64,000 nt of DNA from Pseudomonas phage sp. 30-2: the sequence record LC727697.1. The stretch is one strand, 5' to 3'. The position numbers and the translations under genes were made by a program. This document shows positions 46,035 through 54,439 of the stretch, one piece after another; positions within the stretch are counted from its first letter, which is position 1; each line of letters opens with the position of its first letter. The notes below the pieces were generated by a model. It worked only from the letters and a program-made list of their open reading frames with translations, did no database searches and was not told where the DNA came from.

Positions 46035-46583
46035 TTATTGAGAATACATACCCTCCAGATATTCCCAATTAAATATATTCCATATATTCTCGTAGTATGA
46101 CTTCTTGTCTGCTTTATAATCGAGCATATATGCATGCTCCCAACAATCAATAAGTAAGAATATATCGTCTCTTACTTCGTGATTTGGGATTTCCTTTATT
46201 ACAAGGGTATTAGAAACATAAATCCATCCAGAACCATGAACATCCATACATGCAGATATAACCTCATTTTTAAATTTAGAAAATGAAGTAAATTTAGATT
46301 TTATATCTTTTAATAATATCCCGGAAGGAGAATATCTTTTTTGAGAATCAGTAAATTGACTAAAATAAATCCCATGCAAGTATGCACCTGCAAATGAAAA
46401 TTTATTACTAGGGTCTTTGTTTACTGAAGATATGTAATTAGAATATAGTGTTCCGTAATGTAGTTCTACTAAATCTTTAGAGAAAGTAGGACTAAGACTA
46501 CTTACGGAATACGGGATAGGAATTTTCTTTACGGACGATGCAGCTTCTGCAATAGATATGTATTTCTTTATGGAATCATTCAT
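46035..46583 (-). CDS. Fe/Mn-type superoxide dismutase.
   Basis: C-terminal signature DCWEHAYMLDYKADKKSYYENIWNIFNWEY (compare [28 protein letters not shown]). The candidate metal ligands (H in ELHY, H in AYLHG, D and H in DCWEH) are present. Confidence 0.75.
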   Translation of the reverse strand: MNDSIKKYISIAEAASSVKKIPIPYSVSSLSPTFSKDLVELHYGTLYSNYISSVNKDPSNKFSFAGAYLHGIYFSQFTDSQKRYSPSGILLKDIKSKFTSFSKFKNEVISACMDVHGSGWIYVSNTLVIKEIPNHEVRDDIFLLIDCWEHAYMLDYKADKKSYYENIWNIFNWEYLEGMYSQ

Positions 46584-46657
46584 AATTCTTATATCCCTAT
46601 ATGCTTTATTTATTATAATAGGGAAGGGGGCAGGTGTCTACCCCCGTTTTTGCTGTA

Positions 46658-46993
46658 TTACGATTCTTCTACAGTTACTTTAAAATCAGGATAACCGTTG
46701 TTAATGGCAAGTTGAACAGATTTAGACTGTTTCGATTCTGCAATTTCTTTTGTATAGCTGCCTACAATCTTTGCGCCGCGTTCATGCACTTCCATCATTG
46801 TATTGTATGCGCTAGATGCATCGTAGTCATATATATATACTAACAATTGCATAACAAATTCCATAGTGGTTTTGTTATCGTTGTGAAAAACTACATTATA
46901 TTTCTTAGGTTGAAATACAGTAGACGAAGTTTCAACTTTATTAGCTACCTTTACAGTCATTTTTAAATCCCAAGTTGATCGTAATTGATACAC
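46658..46993 (-). CDS. clpS: ClpS N-degron adaptor.
   Basis: YNVVFHNDNKTTMEFVMQLLVYIYDYDASSAYNTMMEVHERGAKIVGSYTKEIAESK is collinear with E. coli ClpS [57 protein letters not shown]. Confidence 0.8.
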   Translation of the reverse strand: MYQLRSTWDLKMTVKVANKVETSSTVFQPKKYNVVFHNDNKTTMEFVMQLLVYIYDYDASSAYNTMMEVHERGAKIVGSYTKEIAESKQSKSVQLAINNGYPDFKVTVEES

Positions 46994-47040
46994 ATTATTA
47001 TATATGTTTAAACAGTGTCGTCAAGTTATATAGCAAAAAT

Positions 47041-47066
47041 AAAAAGCTGGAATACCAGCTTTTTAT
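47041..47066 (-). terminator. Terminator downstream of the sHSP gene.
   Basis: aaaaagctgg-aata-ccagcttttt. Confidence 0.7.
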
Positions 47067-47075
47067 TTGTAAACA

Positions 47076-47507
47076 TTATTCTATATCAATTACTTTTCGT
47101 TGTGATTCTGCAGGACTCGGCGGTTGAATTTTTATTGTTAGAATGCCATTTTTCATACCGCACGAAGATATATTTATAAGATCGTCTACAAGCCTGAATT
47201 TGACAGAAAAATCTTTACTAGAAATACCTTTGTGTTCGTATTCTACTTCAGTTTTAAAAATTCGTTCCGGTTTTGTTTCTATTACTAACAGTCGTTCTCT
47301 GCTATCTACATAAACATCTAGCTCGGATTTATCATAACCGGCAAGAGCTAATTCAAGACAATAGCTACCGTCTGCATTCTTTATCAAATTATGGGGAGGA
47401 AACTTCTGGCTACTAAGTTCATTAGTAATAGTATTAAGTAAATCAGTTGCACCTAGTGCATATCTATAATTAGCTAGGTTAGATGACATTATAACATGTT
47501 TTTGCAT
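47076..47507 (-). CDS. Small heat-shock protein (Hsp20/alpha-crystallin family).
   Basis: Alpha-crystallin domain features (DGSYCLELALAGYDKSELDVYVDSRERLLVIE...NGILTIKI). 143 aa. A terminator lies downstream. Confidence 0.75.
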   Translation of the reverse strand: MQKHVIMSSNLANYRYALGATDLLNTITNELSSQKFPPHNLIKNADGSYCLELALAGYDKSELDVYVDSRERLLVIETKPERIFKTEVEYEHKGISSKDFSVKFRLVDDLINISSCGMKNGILTIKIQPPSPAESQRKVIDIE

Positions 47508-47590
47508 TTTTAATCTCCTTTACGCAAGATATAGTGTGAGCCCAATAAGGCACTCGTTGTATAGTATTCCTCATGGAATACTAATGTTAT

Positions 47591-48061
47591 TTATCTTTTA
47601 AATGTTGACTTATACGTTTCATATATAGCAGAATTGTTTTCGTGTTCCCATATTTCTATACTATGGACCCAACATCTTCCGCCAGAATGTTTTTCTATAA
47701 TGGGATTTAAATAGTCAAACAGATGCTTACATGAACCTTCTATTCCGGGACCATGGCCTTTTTTAACATCCATTATATTTAATTTAACTAGACCTTCTTG
47801 TTCCATTTGTTTAAGGATATTTAACTTGGGATCATCAGATGCAACTAAAACATTATGATCCCATTGTTCTTCCAACCATTTCCTAAAATCTTTCAATCCA
47901 CCAAAATCTACTACCCACATTTTATCATCTAATGTAGTAGCAGAAAAAACAATCTTCACTGTTCTTCCATAGCCGTGTATTCTACTGCAATGACCTGTAT
48001 CTTTCCATTGACGATGGCCAGTGGAAATAGGTCCAAATCTCTTAGTTGAAAAATATGCCAT
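47591..48061 (-). CDS. QueD/6-pyruvoyl-tetrahydropterin-synthase-family paralog with an altered zinc motif (HGY).
   Basis: GHCSRIHGYGRT where PTPS/QueD have CxxxHGH. The N-terminal His is retained. Confidence 0.6.
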   Translation of the reverse strand: MAYFSTKRFGPISTGHRQWKDTGHCSRIHGYGRTVKIVFSATTLDDKMWVVDFGGLKDFRKWLEEQWDHNVLVASDDPKLNILKQMEQEGLVKLNIMDVKKGHGPGIEGSCKHLFDYLNPIIEKHSGGRCWVHSIEIWEHENNSAIYETYKSTFKR

Positions 48062-48062
48062 A

Positions 48063-48398
48063 TTAAATTATTAATCCGCAATAAATGCATTTTTCTGCAT
48101 CTGTATTTGTATGATAATTAGTATTGTGATACACAAACTTATGATTGCAATACCGACGGATATACTGCATAGTTTTATCTATACAGATTATACGTTGTTC
48201 AAGTCTACTGCATTCGGATATAGCATCTTTATACGATTGGAGCTGTTCTATATCCATTTTTATGCTGGAAATAAGTAAAGAATCTGCAGGATCTGCAGGG
48301 ATGTCAACTTTATCCAATTGCCGTAGGCTATAATAGAGTTTATTCCTACGATTTCTGCAAAACATAAGTTCATTATTTAAAATCCTGCAAAGGTCCAT
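48063..48398 (-). CDS. Hypothetical Cys-rich protein.
   Basis: ORF with CxxC-like pairs (CSRLEQRIICID...CIYCG). Confidence 0.4.
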   Translation of the reverse strand: MDLCRILNNELMFCRNRRNKLYYSLRQLDKVDIPADPADSLLISSIKMDIEQLQSYKDAISECSRLEQRIICIDKTMQYIRRYCNHKFVYHNTNYHTNTDAEKCIYCGLII

Positions 48399-48400
48399 TA

Positions 48401-48607
48401 TTATATTTTTTTCTTTTTCTGGCGTTGAATTGCTGCTTTTTTAGCTTTTGTCTTTTTTACAGAAGGCTTTTCATAGAATTCGCGTTCTCGAACTTCTTTT
48501 AATTTTCCTGAATTTTGAACCTTTTTAGTAAAAGTTCTAAGTGCTTGGTTAAAGTTATCGTGTCTTACTTCTACAGTAAGACCAGTAATTATATTAAATG
48601 TCTTCAT
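48401..48607 (-). CDS. rpsU: Ribosomal protein S21 homolog.
   Basis: GKLKEVREREFYEKPSVKKTKAKKAAI matches the bacterial S21 core ([29 protein letters not shown]). 68 aa, basic C-terminus. The ATG at 48607 was verified. It overlaps the ClpX start by 14 nt. Confidence 0.75.
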   Translation of the reverse strand: MKTFNIITGLTVEVRHDNFNQALRTFTKKVQNSGKLKEVREREFYEKPSVKKTKAKKAAIQRQKKKKI

Positions 48608-49820
48608 TTTGCCCTTTTATGAAATTATGTTTTCCTAGTTCGTGTATAATAATCTTGCTAAACCCTTCTCGTCTTATAGAAGGCAATCTATATGCTATAC
48701 TAGATAGTTCTTTTTCTAAAATAGTTCTTAAACCACGAGCGCCTGTTTTCCTATTAAACGCTGTAGTAGCAACAGATTTTATAAAATCTTCATCGAATTC
48801 TAATTCAATGTTATCTAATTTAAACATAGTTTGATATTGTTTAAGTATAGAACTTTTAGGCTCTACTAGAATTCGACGAAGCATAGTCTCTGTTACATCA
48901 TGAAACGCAATAAGAACAGGAAATCTCCCTACAAATTCTCTTATAAAACCGTATGTATACAAATCTTCCGGTTCTACATAGAATAAACTACCTTCTATGG
49001 GTTTACCAGCTTCTGAACCAAATCCCATTTGAGATTTAGTAGAACTAAGTCTTTTATTTATTACTGCATCCAGTCCTATAAATGCGCCGCCAACTATAAA
49101 CAAAACGTTAGTTGTGTCAAACATAATTTCCTGCCTAGGACTAAACATACTGTTAGAATTTAGTTCTAATTTAATCGTTGTTCCTTCTAACACCCGAAGT
49201 AAAGACTGTTGAACACCCTCGCCGGAAACATCAGATCCTGCAGAATTTGTTCCTTTTTTAGAACGCTTCTTATCTATTTCATCTATAAATACGATTCCAC
49301 GTTGCGCTAGTTCTATGTCACCATTTGCTTCTGCGATTAATCTAGTAAATATAGTCTCTACATGATCGCCGACATATCCTGCCTCTGTTAGCGAAGTAGA
49401 ATCTACAGAAACAAAAGGTATGTTTAACAATTTAGATATACTAGATATTAAAAATGTCTTACCGCTGCCTGAAGGTCCCAGTAGCATTATGTTAGATTTA
49501 GATAACTCTACATCATGTTCAGTAGTGTTATAGTTTACCCGTTTATAATGATTATACACTGCTAGACTTAGTAATTCTTTTGCGTGATCTTGCCCTACAA
49601 TGTCTTTATCTAGCAATTCCTTTAGTTCTTCAGGTGTGTATTTTATTTCTAATTTATTAGATTCCCGATCATTTGTTTCAGCAGTTTCTAAAAAATTGTT
49701 GCACTGAGTTACACACTGGTCACATATATATACATTTGATCCATATTTAGCAGGGCTACGAAACAACTTAGACACATCATCTTTGCCTTTATTGCAATAA
49801 GAGCATGTTTCTTTCGACAT
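48594..49820 (-). CDS. clpX: ClpX AAA+ unfoldase.
   Basis: N-terminal C4 zinc finger (CSYCNKGKDDV...ICDQCV). Walker A LLGPSGSGKTFL. MGF variant of the IGF ClpP-docking loop (QMGFGSE). 408 aa. Confidence 0.85.
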   Translation of the reverse strand: MSKETCSYCNKGKDDVSKLFRSPAKYGSNVYICDQCVTQCNNFLETAETNDRESNKLEIKYTPEELKELLDKDIVGQDHAKELLSLAVYNHYKRVNYNTTEHDVELSKSNIMLLGPSGSGKTFLISSISKLLNIPFVSVDSTSLTEAGYVGDHVETIFTRLIAEANGDIELAQRGIVFIDEIDKKRSKKGTNSAGSDVSGEGVQQSLLRVLEGTTIKLELNSNSMFSPRQEIMFDTTNVLFIVGGAFIGLDAVINKRLSSTKSQMGFGSEAGKPIEGSLFYVEPEDLYTYGFIREFVGRFPVLIAFHDVTETMLRRILVEPKSSILKQYQTMFKLDNIELEFDEDFIKSVATTAFNRKTGARGLRTILEKELSSIAYRLPSIRREGFSKIIIHELGKHNFIKGQNEDI

Positions 49821-49837
49821 TTATATCTACCTTTATA

Positions 49838-50356
49838 TTATGCAATATATGTTGCACAAGCTTTATCAGTTTCCCACCATTCTACTTTAGAAACAGTTAT
49901 ACCTTTTTGTTCTAAAATGCTTTCAGCATATTCCCAAATCCATTTAGCTAAATTTTCTGCAGTAGGAACAAAATCTACTATTACAAAACTATCTGCATGT
50001 TCCTTTTCGTGTTCTACTGTCTCTTCAGATGTATCGAATATTCCATAGTGCTCAAAACTTATAGTAGAATATTTAGATGCATTGGTTATCTTACTAAAAT
50101 TAGGATCGTTTGCATCTATAATAAACTTATGGTCGATTACGTCATCTATAAATTTTTTAAGAAAACCTAAATGCTTAAAATCAGTTACCATACCGTTTAC
50201 TAAAGAAGTTCCAGTTAAATGAATAACTATTTTACCTGTATGTCCGTGTAAATGCCTGCATTTGCATTTGGTGTCTTCAACTAAATCTGCATCTAAGTGT
50301 TGATTATGGACTCTGTGAGCATATGCAAAACTGAAACTTTTATTAATCTGCCACAA
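49838..50356 (-). CDS. queD: QueD / 6-carboxy-(6-pyruvoyl)-tetrahydropterin synthase.
   Basis: CKCRHLHGHT (CxxxHGH). C-terminal ENLAKWIWEY matches E. coli QueD EVLAKWIWDQ. Confidence 0.75.
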   Translation of the reverse strand: MWQINKSFSFAYAHRVHNQHLDADLVEDTKCKCRHLHGHTGKIVIHLTGTSLVNGMVTDFKHLGFLKKFIDDVIDHKFIIDANDPNFSKITNASKYSTISFEHYGIFDTSEETVEHEKEHADSFVIVDFVPTAENLAKWIWEYAESILEQKGITVSKVEWWETDKACATYIA

Positions 50357-50423
50357 TTTTATATTCCTTATTAATATGCTATGTGTAACTACTATGGATA
50401 GGTCCTATCCATAGTAGTTTTTG

Positions 50424-51113
50424 TTATTTTACAAGAGACATAAATTCTGCACGGGTGGCAGGATCGTTGCTAAATGCACCACTTAATTTAGAAGTTATCG
50501 TACTCGAACTTGTATCTTCTACACCCCTAGATTCCACACACAGATGCCTTCCGTTAATTAAAACAGCAACATCGTCTGTTTCCAGAATATACCGTAATGC
50601 ATGAAATATTTGCAATGTGAGTCGTTCTTGAACTTGAGGTCTCTTGCAGAAAAATTCTGCTACTCTATTTAATTTAGAGAGACCTATTACTTTATTTTTA
50701 GGAATATAAGCAACTGATATTCCGCCTCGACCGGAAGATGATCCAGAAATTATTGGTAAAATATGATGTTCGCACTGAGAATATAAATCTATATCTTTTA
50801 CTAAGACCATTTCATTTGCATTAAATTTATTTTCAATAGTGGTGCATTTAGGAAATGCCTCATAATCCAAGCCATAAAATATCTCAGATACATACATTTT
50901 TGCTACTCGACGAGGCGTTTCTGCAAGACTATCGTCGGAAAGATCCAACGCAAGTGCATTCATAATTTCAACAAAATGAGATTCAATTTTATCTATCCGC
51001 TCTTTAACGTTTAGAGTTTGCTCTTGCATAGGAGTTTCTACTCCTTGTTGGATTAAATATTGCTGTACTTTTTTGCCTAGTTCGGCATCAGTTTTAGTTT
51101 TGTTTAACGACAC
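50424..51113 (-). CDS. folE: GTP cyclohydrolase I.
   Basis: Active-site motif QCEHHILP plus surrounding FolE-like sequence. GTG start with an AGGAGG RBS 6 nt upstream. Confidence 0.8.
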   Translation of the reverse strand: MSLNKTKTDAELGKKVQQYLIQQGVETPMQEQTLNVKERIDKIESHFVEIMNALALDLSDDSLAETPRRVAKMYVSEIFYGLDYEAFPKCTTIENKFNANEMVLVKDIDLYSQCEHHILPIISGSSSGRGGISVAYIPKNKVIGLSKLNRVAEFFCKRPQVQERLTLQIFHALRYILETDDVAVLINGRHLCVESRGVEDTSSSTITSKLSGAFSNDPATRAEFMSLVK

Positions 51114-51143
51114 GATTTCCTCCTGAAATCATTTTAGTTTGAT

Positions 51144-51170
51144 AAGCAAAGTGCCGCCTGCACTTTGCTT
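51144..51170. terminator. Strong 11-bp-stem hairpin between 51262..51573 and folE. Terminator or regulatory structure.
   Basis: aagcaaagtgc-cgcct-gcactttgctt followed by taattatttg. Confidence 0.4.
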
Positions 51171-51261
51171 TAATTATTTGTATAGTATACTATACGTTTT
51201 CTTCCGTGTCAACCCAATGACAAAGATATTTAGATACGTTTTAACATCATTAACTACATAG

Positions 51262-51573
51262 TTAAAATAAATGCGGAATATAAGGCAACGGGGTTGTTTT
51301 AGGCATTGATACAATTGCATCTTTAATAGAATTAACTGTATTTTTTATCAATGATATGTCTGTTTGAATTTCATTTATGCGGGCACACATAGTAGTTAGC
51401 ATACTTAGCAAAGACTCAGATGTATATACATGATCTTCGCCTTTTAATTTATCCATTATATTTTCTTTTTCTAAAATGTCTATAATATCTGGCGTAGATA
51501 ATAATTGCTCTACTTTTTTTAAAGTTTCCACTACATCAACGATATCGTATGTTACATTGATCGGAGTTTTCAT
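51262..51573 (-). CDS. Hypothetical protein.
   Basis: ORF only. Confidence 0.4.
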   Translation of the reverse strand: MKTPINVTYDIVDVVETLKKVEQLLSTPDIIDILEKENIMDKLKGEDHVYTSESLLSMLTTMCARINEIQTDISLIKNTVNSIKDAIVSMPKTTPLPYIPHLF

Positions 51574-52469
51574 TATATAGCCATCCTAGGTTTATTAGAA
51601 ACATCTGGATTACATTTGTAATTTTCTAGTTCTATATCTTCGAATTCAAGTGACAATATATCATCTAAAGTCTTTAAATCCTTTTTAATTATAAGTTTAG
51701 GTAAGTCATGCCAGGTCCTGGTTATTAATTCTTTTGCCATGTCCATTTGGTTGTTGTAAATATGGACATCCATTCCAGAATAGTATAATATTCCCGGTTC
51801 TATTCCGAGTACATTTGCTATAAAATGATTTAATAGAGAATAAAACATTATATTAGTGGGTGTACCGAAGCATATATCTTGACTTCTTGCAACAAAACTA
51901 CTATTTAATTTTCCATCAAGAATTTGATACTGATGATATAAATGACAACTAGGTAAGGCAGCATCATCTAATTGGGTAGGATTCCAGTGTAAAACAATGT
52001 GTCTTCTAGAGTGTGGATCCTTAGTTAAAGATTCTATTAAATTTTTTATCTGATCTATGCCAGTATTGTCAAGTTTACTGTAATCTGTGATTCCGTTTAC
52101 AGTAGAATAATGACCTCCAAAATTTCTCATCTGGAATCCATATCCTTTACCGATATGGCCTACTGGCAAATAATTTAATTTTCTACTATCTAAAAATTCT
52201 CTAGTAGTATTTCCTTCCCAGATGTTAATGTTTTTATTTTTTAAAATTGTAGAATCTACTTGCCCTCTTAGCATCCACATAAGTTCTTCAAACGCAATTC
52301 TCAATGATGCACGTCGTGAAGTTTGAATAGGAAATCCTTCCGTTAAGTTTATGTGCATATTTGCACCCCAAATGGCCCTGGATCCTATTCCGGTCCTATC
52401 ATCCCTATCTATACCTGTATCTAAAATAGTTTTAATTATGTTTAAATATTGCGGATCGTAATTATTCAT
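51573..52469 (-). CDS. thyA: Thymidylate synthase family enzyme (ThyA-type; pyrimidine C5 methylase or hydroxymethylase).
   Basis: RTGIGSR...FPIQTSRR...EELMWMLRG. Catalytic Cys in ALPSCHLYHQYQ. Asn retained in GTPTNIMFYS (compare GVPFNIASY), suggesting dUMP specificity. Confidence 0.75.
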   Translation of the reverse strand: MNNYDPQYLNIIKTILDTGIDRDDRTGIGSRAIWGANMHINLTEGFPIQTSRRASLRIAFEELMWMLRGQVDSTILKNKNINIWEGNTTREFLDSRKLNYLPVGHIGKGYGFQMRNFGGHYSTVNGITDYSKLDNTGIDQIKNLIESLTKDPHSRRHIVLHWNPTQLDDAALPSCHLYHQYQILDGKLNSSFVARSQDICFGTPTNIMFYSLLNHFIANVLGIEPGILYYSGMDVHIYNNQMDMAKELITRTWHDLPKLIIKKDLKTLDDILSLEFEDIELENYKCNPDVSNKPRMAI

Positions 52470-52789
52470 TATTTTTTAAGCTTGTTAAATGTTCTGTATT
52501 TTTGAATATAGTTCGAATTTATTATTTGTTTTGTTATAAAAACCAATACGTGTTGTAATACAATAATTGCCCAGAATGCAGTATATAATAACGGAATAAA
52601 ACAGAATAAAAATTGTCCTATTGCTAGCCAAAACCAATCGAACAGATGTTTGTTTATTTTTTCAGATAAAGTGTCTTCAGTTTCATCGTCAGCTATAATA
52701 TAAATCATCTTAATAAACGATACAATAACCACTATGGCAAAAACAACAAAATTAATTATTTGGCCATAGAACATAAAACTATCATTCAT
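52469..52789 (-). CDS. Small membrane protein (3 TM).
   Basis: Hydrophobic helices. Confidence 0.45.
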   Translation of the reverse strand: MNDSFMFYGQIINFVVFAIVVIVSFIKMIYIIADDETEDTLSEKINKHLFDWFWLAIGQFLFCFIPLLYTAFWAIIVLQHVLVFITKQIINSNYIQKYRTFNKLKK

Positions 52790-53150
52790 ACAACTCCTTT
52801 CCTTTAAAAATTATTATATCTTTATTTTGACTTTTAGCTATATAGAAGCTGTGTTTTGTTCCTTTACTGACGCCATCCCAGAATGCAACACCAGAATGTG
52901 CGTTATCCCATATTTCTACATTTCTTTTGAAACCTGCAGATTTACCGTATTGTTTCCAGTCTGGTTTTATTTCTAGTAATGGTATATTATTTAAGTTTGC
53001 GTATATAGCAGCTATTTCATCGGGACTATTTTTACATCCGCCCGATACTATACCTTCGTACATATATTCTGTAAAAAGTGCATCCAATACCAAGAATATA
53101 AAGTCAGAATCTATGTACCCTCTACTGCCAACTACAGCCAAGTATTTCAT
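52782..53150 (-). CDS. SLOG-family (DprA/LOG-like Rossmann, DUF2493-type) protein.
   Basis: YLAVVGSRGY...VSGGCKNSPDEIAA...KRNVEI fits the GSR / SGGAxGxD / RN pattern of the SLOG fold. Confidence 0.4.
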   Translation of the reverse strand: MKYLAVVGSRGYIDSDFIFLVLDALFTEYMYEGIVSGGCKNSPDEIAAIYANLNNIPLLEIKPDWKQYGKSAGFKRNVEIWDNAHSGVAFWDGVSKGTKHSFYIAKSQNKDIIIFKGKELYE

Positions 53151-53908
53151 ATTGCTATAAATTTCTCTAATCTAATAACAGATTGTATATCCAATATTGC
53201 ACAACTAAGCTTACCTTCCGGTATTTTCCCGCACGACGTGTCCATAAAGATAGTCCTACCTTTATTATTGTTTACATGTATTACGGGGTGTGTTATTTTC
53301 TTTCCGTGAAAAGGTGCTCTATCGTGTCCTACTATACACCATTTACCCGAAGGGACATAATCCGTCCAACTATAAAGTCTAACGGGAAAGCCTGTATTAT
53401 CACGTTGACCATTGGTTTGACCGTACAGTAACATATACCTCTCGTACTTCGATACTGCTACAGGATAATCCCACATTGATTCTGCTACTGCACCGTGAGC
53501 AAATAACCAATTGTTTAAATATGCATAGTAGTATGCATTGCAATTGGTTATAATGTCTGTTATGCAATCGGAAAATTCAGAAATTAAATAATCGCCTATG
53601 CTTTCTAATGTAGATTGCTGTTGGTTACCCAACACAACTTCGTTGCCTTGCGCCCAGCGATAGAATTTGTCATCATGATTTCCTATAATTAATGCACCGC
53701 AGTTACTCTCTATTACCGATTTTACCATTAATAGAGTTTCCATAGGTTTTGCATTAACTACACCGTCGACTAAATCGCCGAGAAATACAACAAACATGTC
53801 ATGTTTAGTTGCATAGTCTAACGCTTGTTTTAGTTTGTCAGCTGCCGAATGAATATCACTAATAACTAGCATTTTCGAATAGCCTGAAGTACAGTGTGCT
53901 AAGTTCAT
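53147..53908 (-). CDS. Calcineurin-like metallophosphoesterase (Ser/Thr phosphatase / ApaH-like).
   Basis: Motifs ISDIHS (DxH), FLGDLVDG (GDxxDRG-like) and GNHD. Confidence 0.65.
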   Translation of the reverse strand: MNLAHCTSGYSKMLVISDIHSAADKLKQALDYATKHDMFVVFLGDLVDGVVNAKPMETLLMVKSVIESNCGALIIGNHDDKFYRWAQGNEVVLGNQQQSTLESIGDYLISEFSDCITDIITNCNAYYYAYLNNWLFAHGAVAESMWDYPVAVSKYERYMLLYGQTNGQRDNTGFPVRLYSWTDYVPSGKWCIVGHDRAPFHGKKITHPVIHVNNNKGRTIFMDTSCGKIPEGKLSCAILDIQSVIRLEKFIAI

Positions 53909-53965
53909 GTTTATTCATCCAGTTGTACTAATATAGTTACATTATACAACTGTTGTAGTAGAAAG

Positions 53966-54181
53966 TCAATGTCTATAAATATTACTGTCAGGGATAGAAA
54001 AGTATAACATAAACATAAGTGCATCACTTTCTTCAAAGAACGCAAAAGTAATACATATTCTGTAATTTTCACTATCATACGACGACATGATATAATAATC
54101 TGCAGGACTAACGTTCTCAGAACACCACAACATCATGTCGCGTTTATTTTCATCTAGTATAGGTATTTGGATTTTAACCAT
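53966..54181 (-). CDS. Small protein of the WCxEN paralog family (copy 3).
   Basis: MMLWCSENVSPADYYIM...ICITFAFFEESDALMFMLYF. Confidence 0.45.
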   Translation of the reverse strand: MVKIQIPILDENKRDMMLWCSENVSPADYYIMSSYDSENYRICITFAFFEESDALMFMLYFSIPDSNIYRH

Positions 54182-54398
54182 TTAGTCTCTTTTCAGACGT
54201 AGAAATAAACGAATTAAGCTTTTTTGCTACTTCTATTACTTCATCTGCCGAAATGTCTATACATTCTGTTATGACAACACTTCCAGACGAATGTATGCTT
54301 TTACTTATATAATCTGCTTGTTTTTTATCTCTTACGATTTTATAAGCAAGTTCTAAAATATTAAGTCTAATTTCGTACGGTGTTTTACTAGCAGACAT
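54174..54398 (-). CDS. Hypothetical small protein.
   Basis: ORF only. Confidence 0.4.
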   Translation of the reverse strand: MSASKTPYEIRLNILELAYKIVRDKKQADYISKSIHSSGSVVITECIDISADEVIEVAKKLNSFISTSEKRLNG

Positions 54399-54439
54399 TT
54401 TTTTCTCCTTGTGTGTTTGTGTCTAGTTAATGTATTTAG

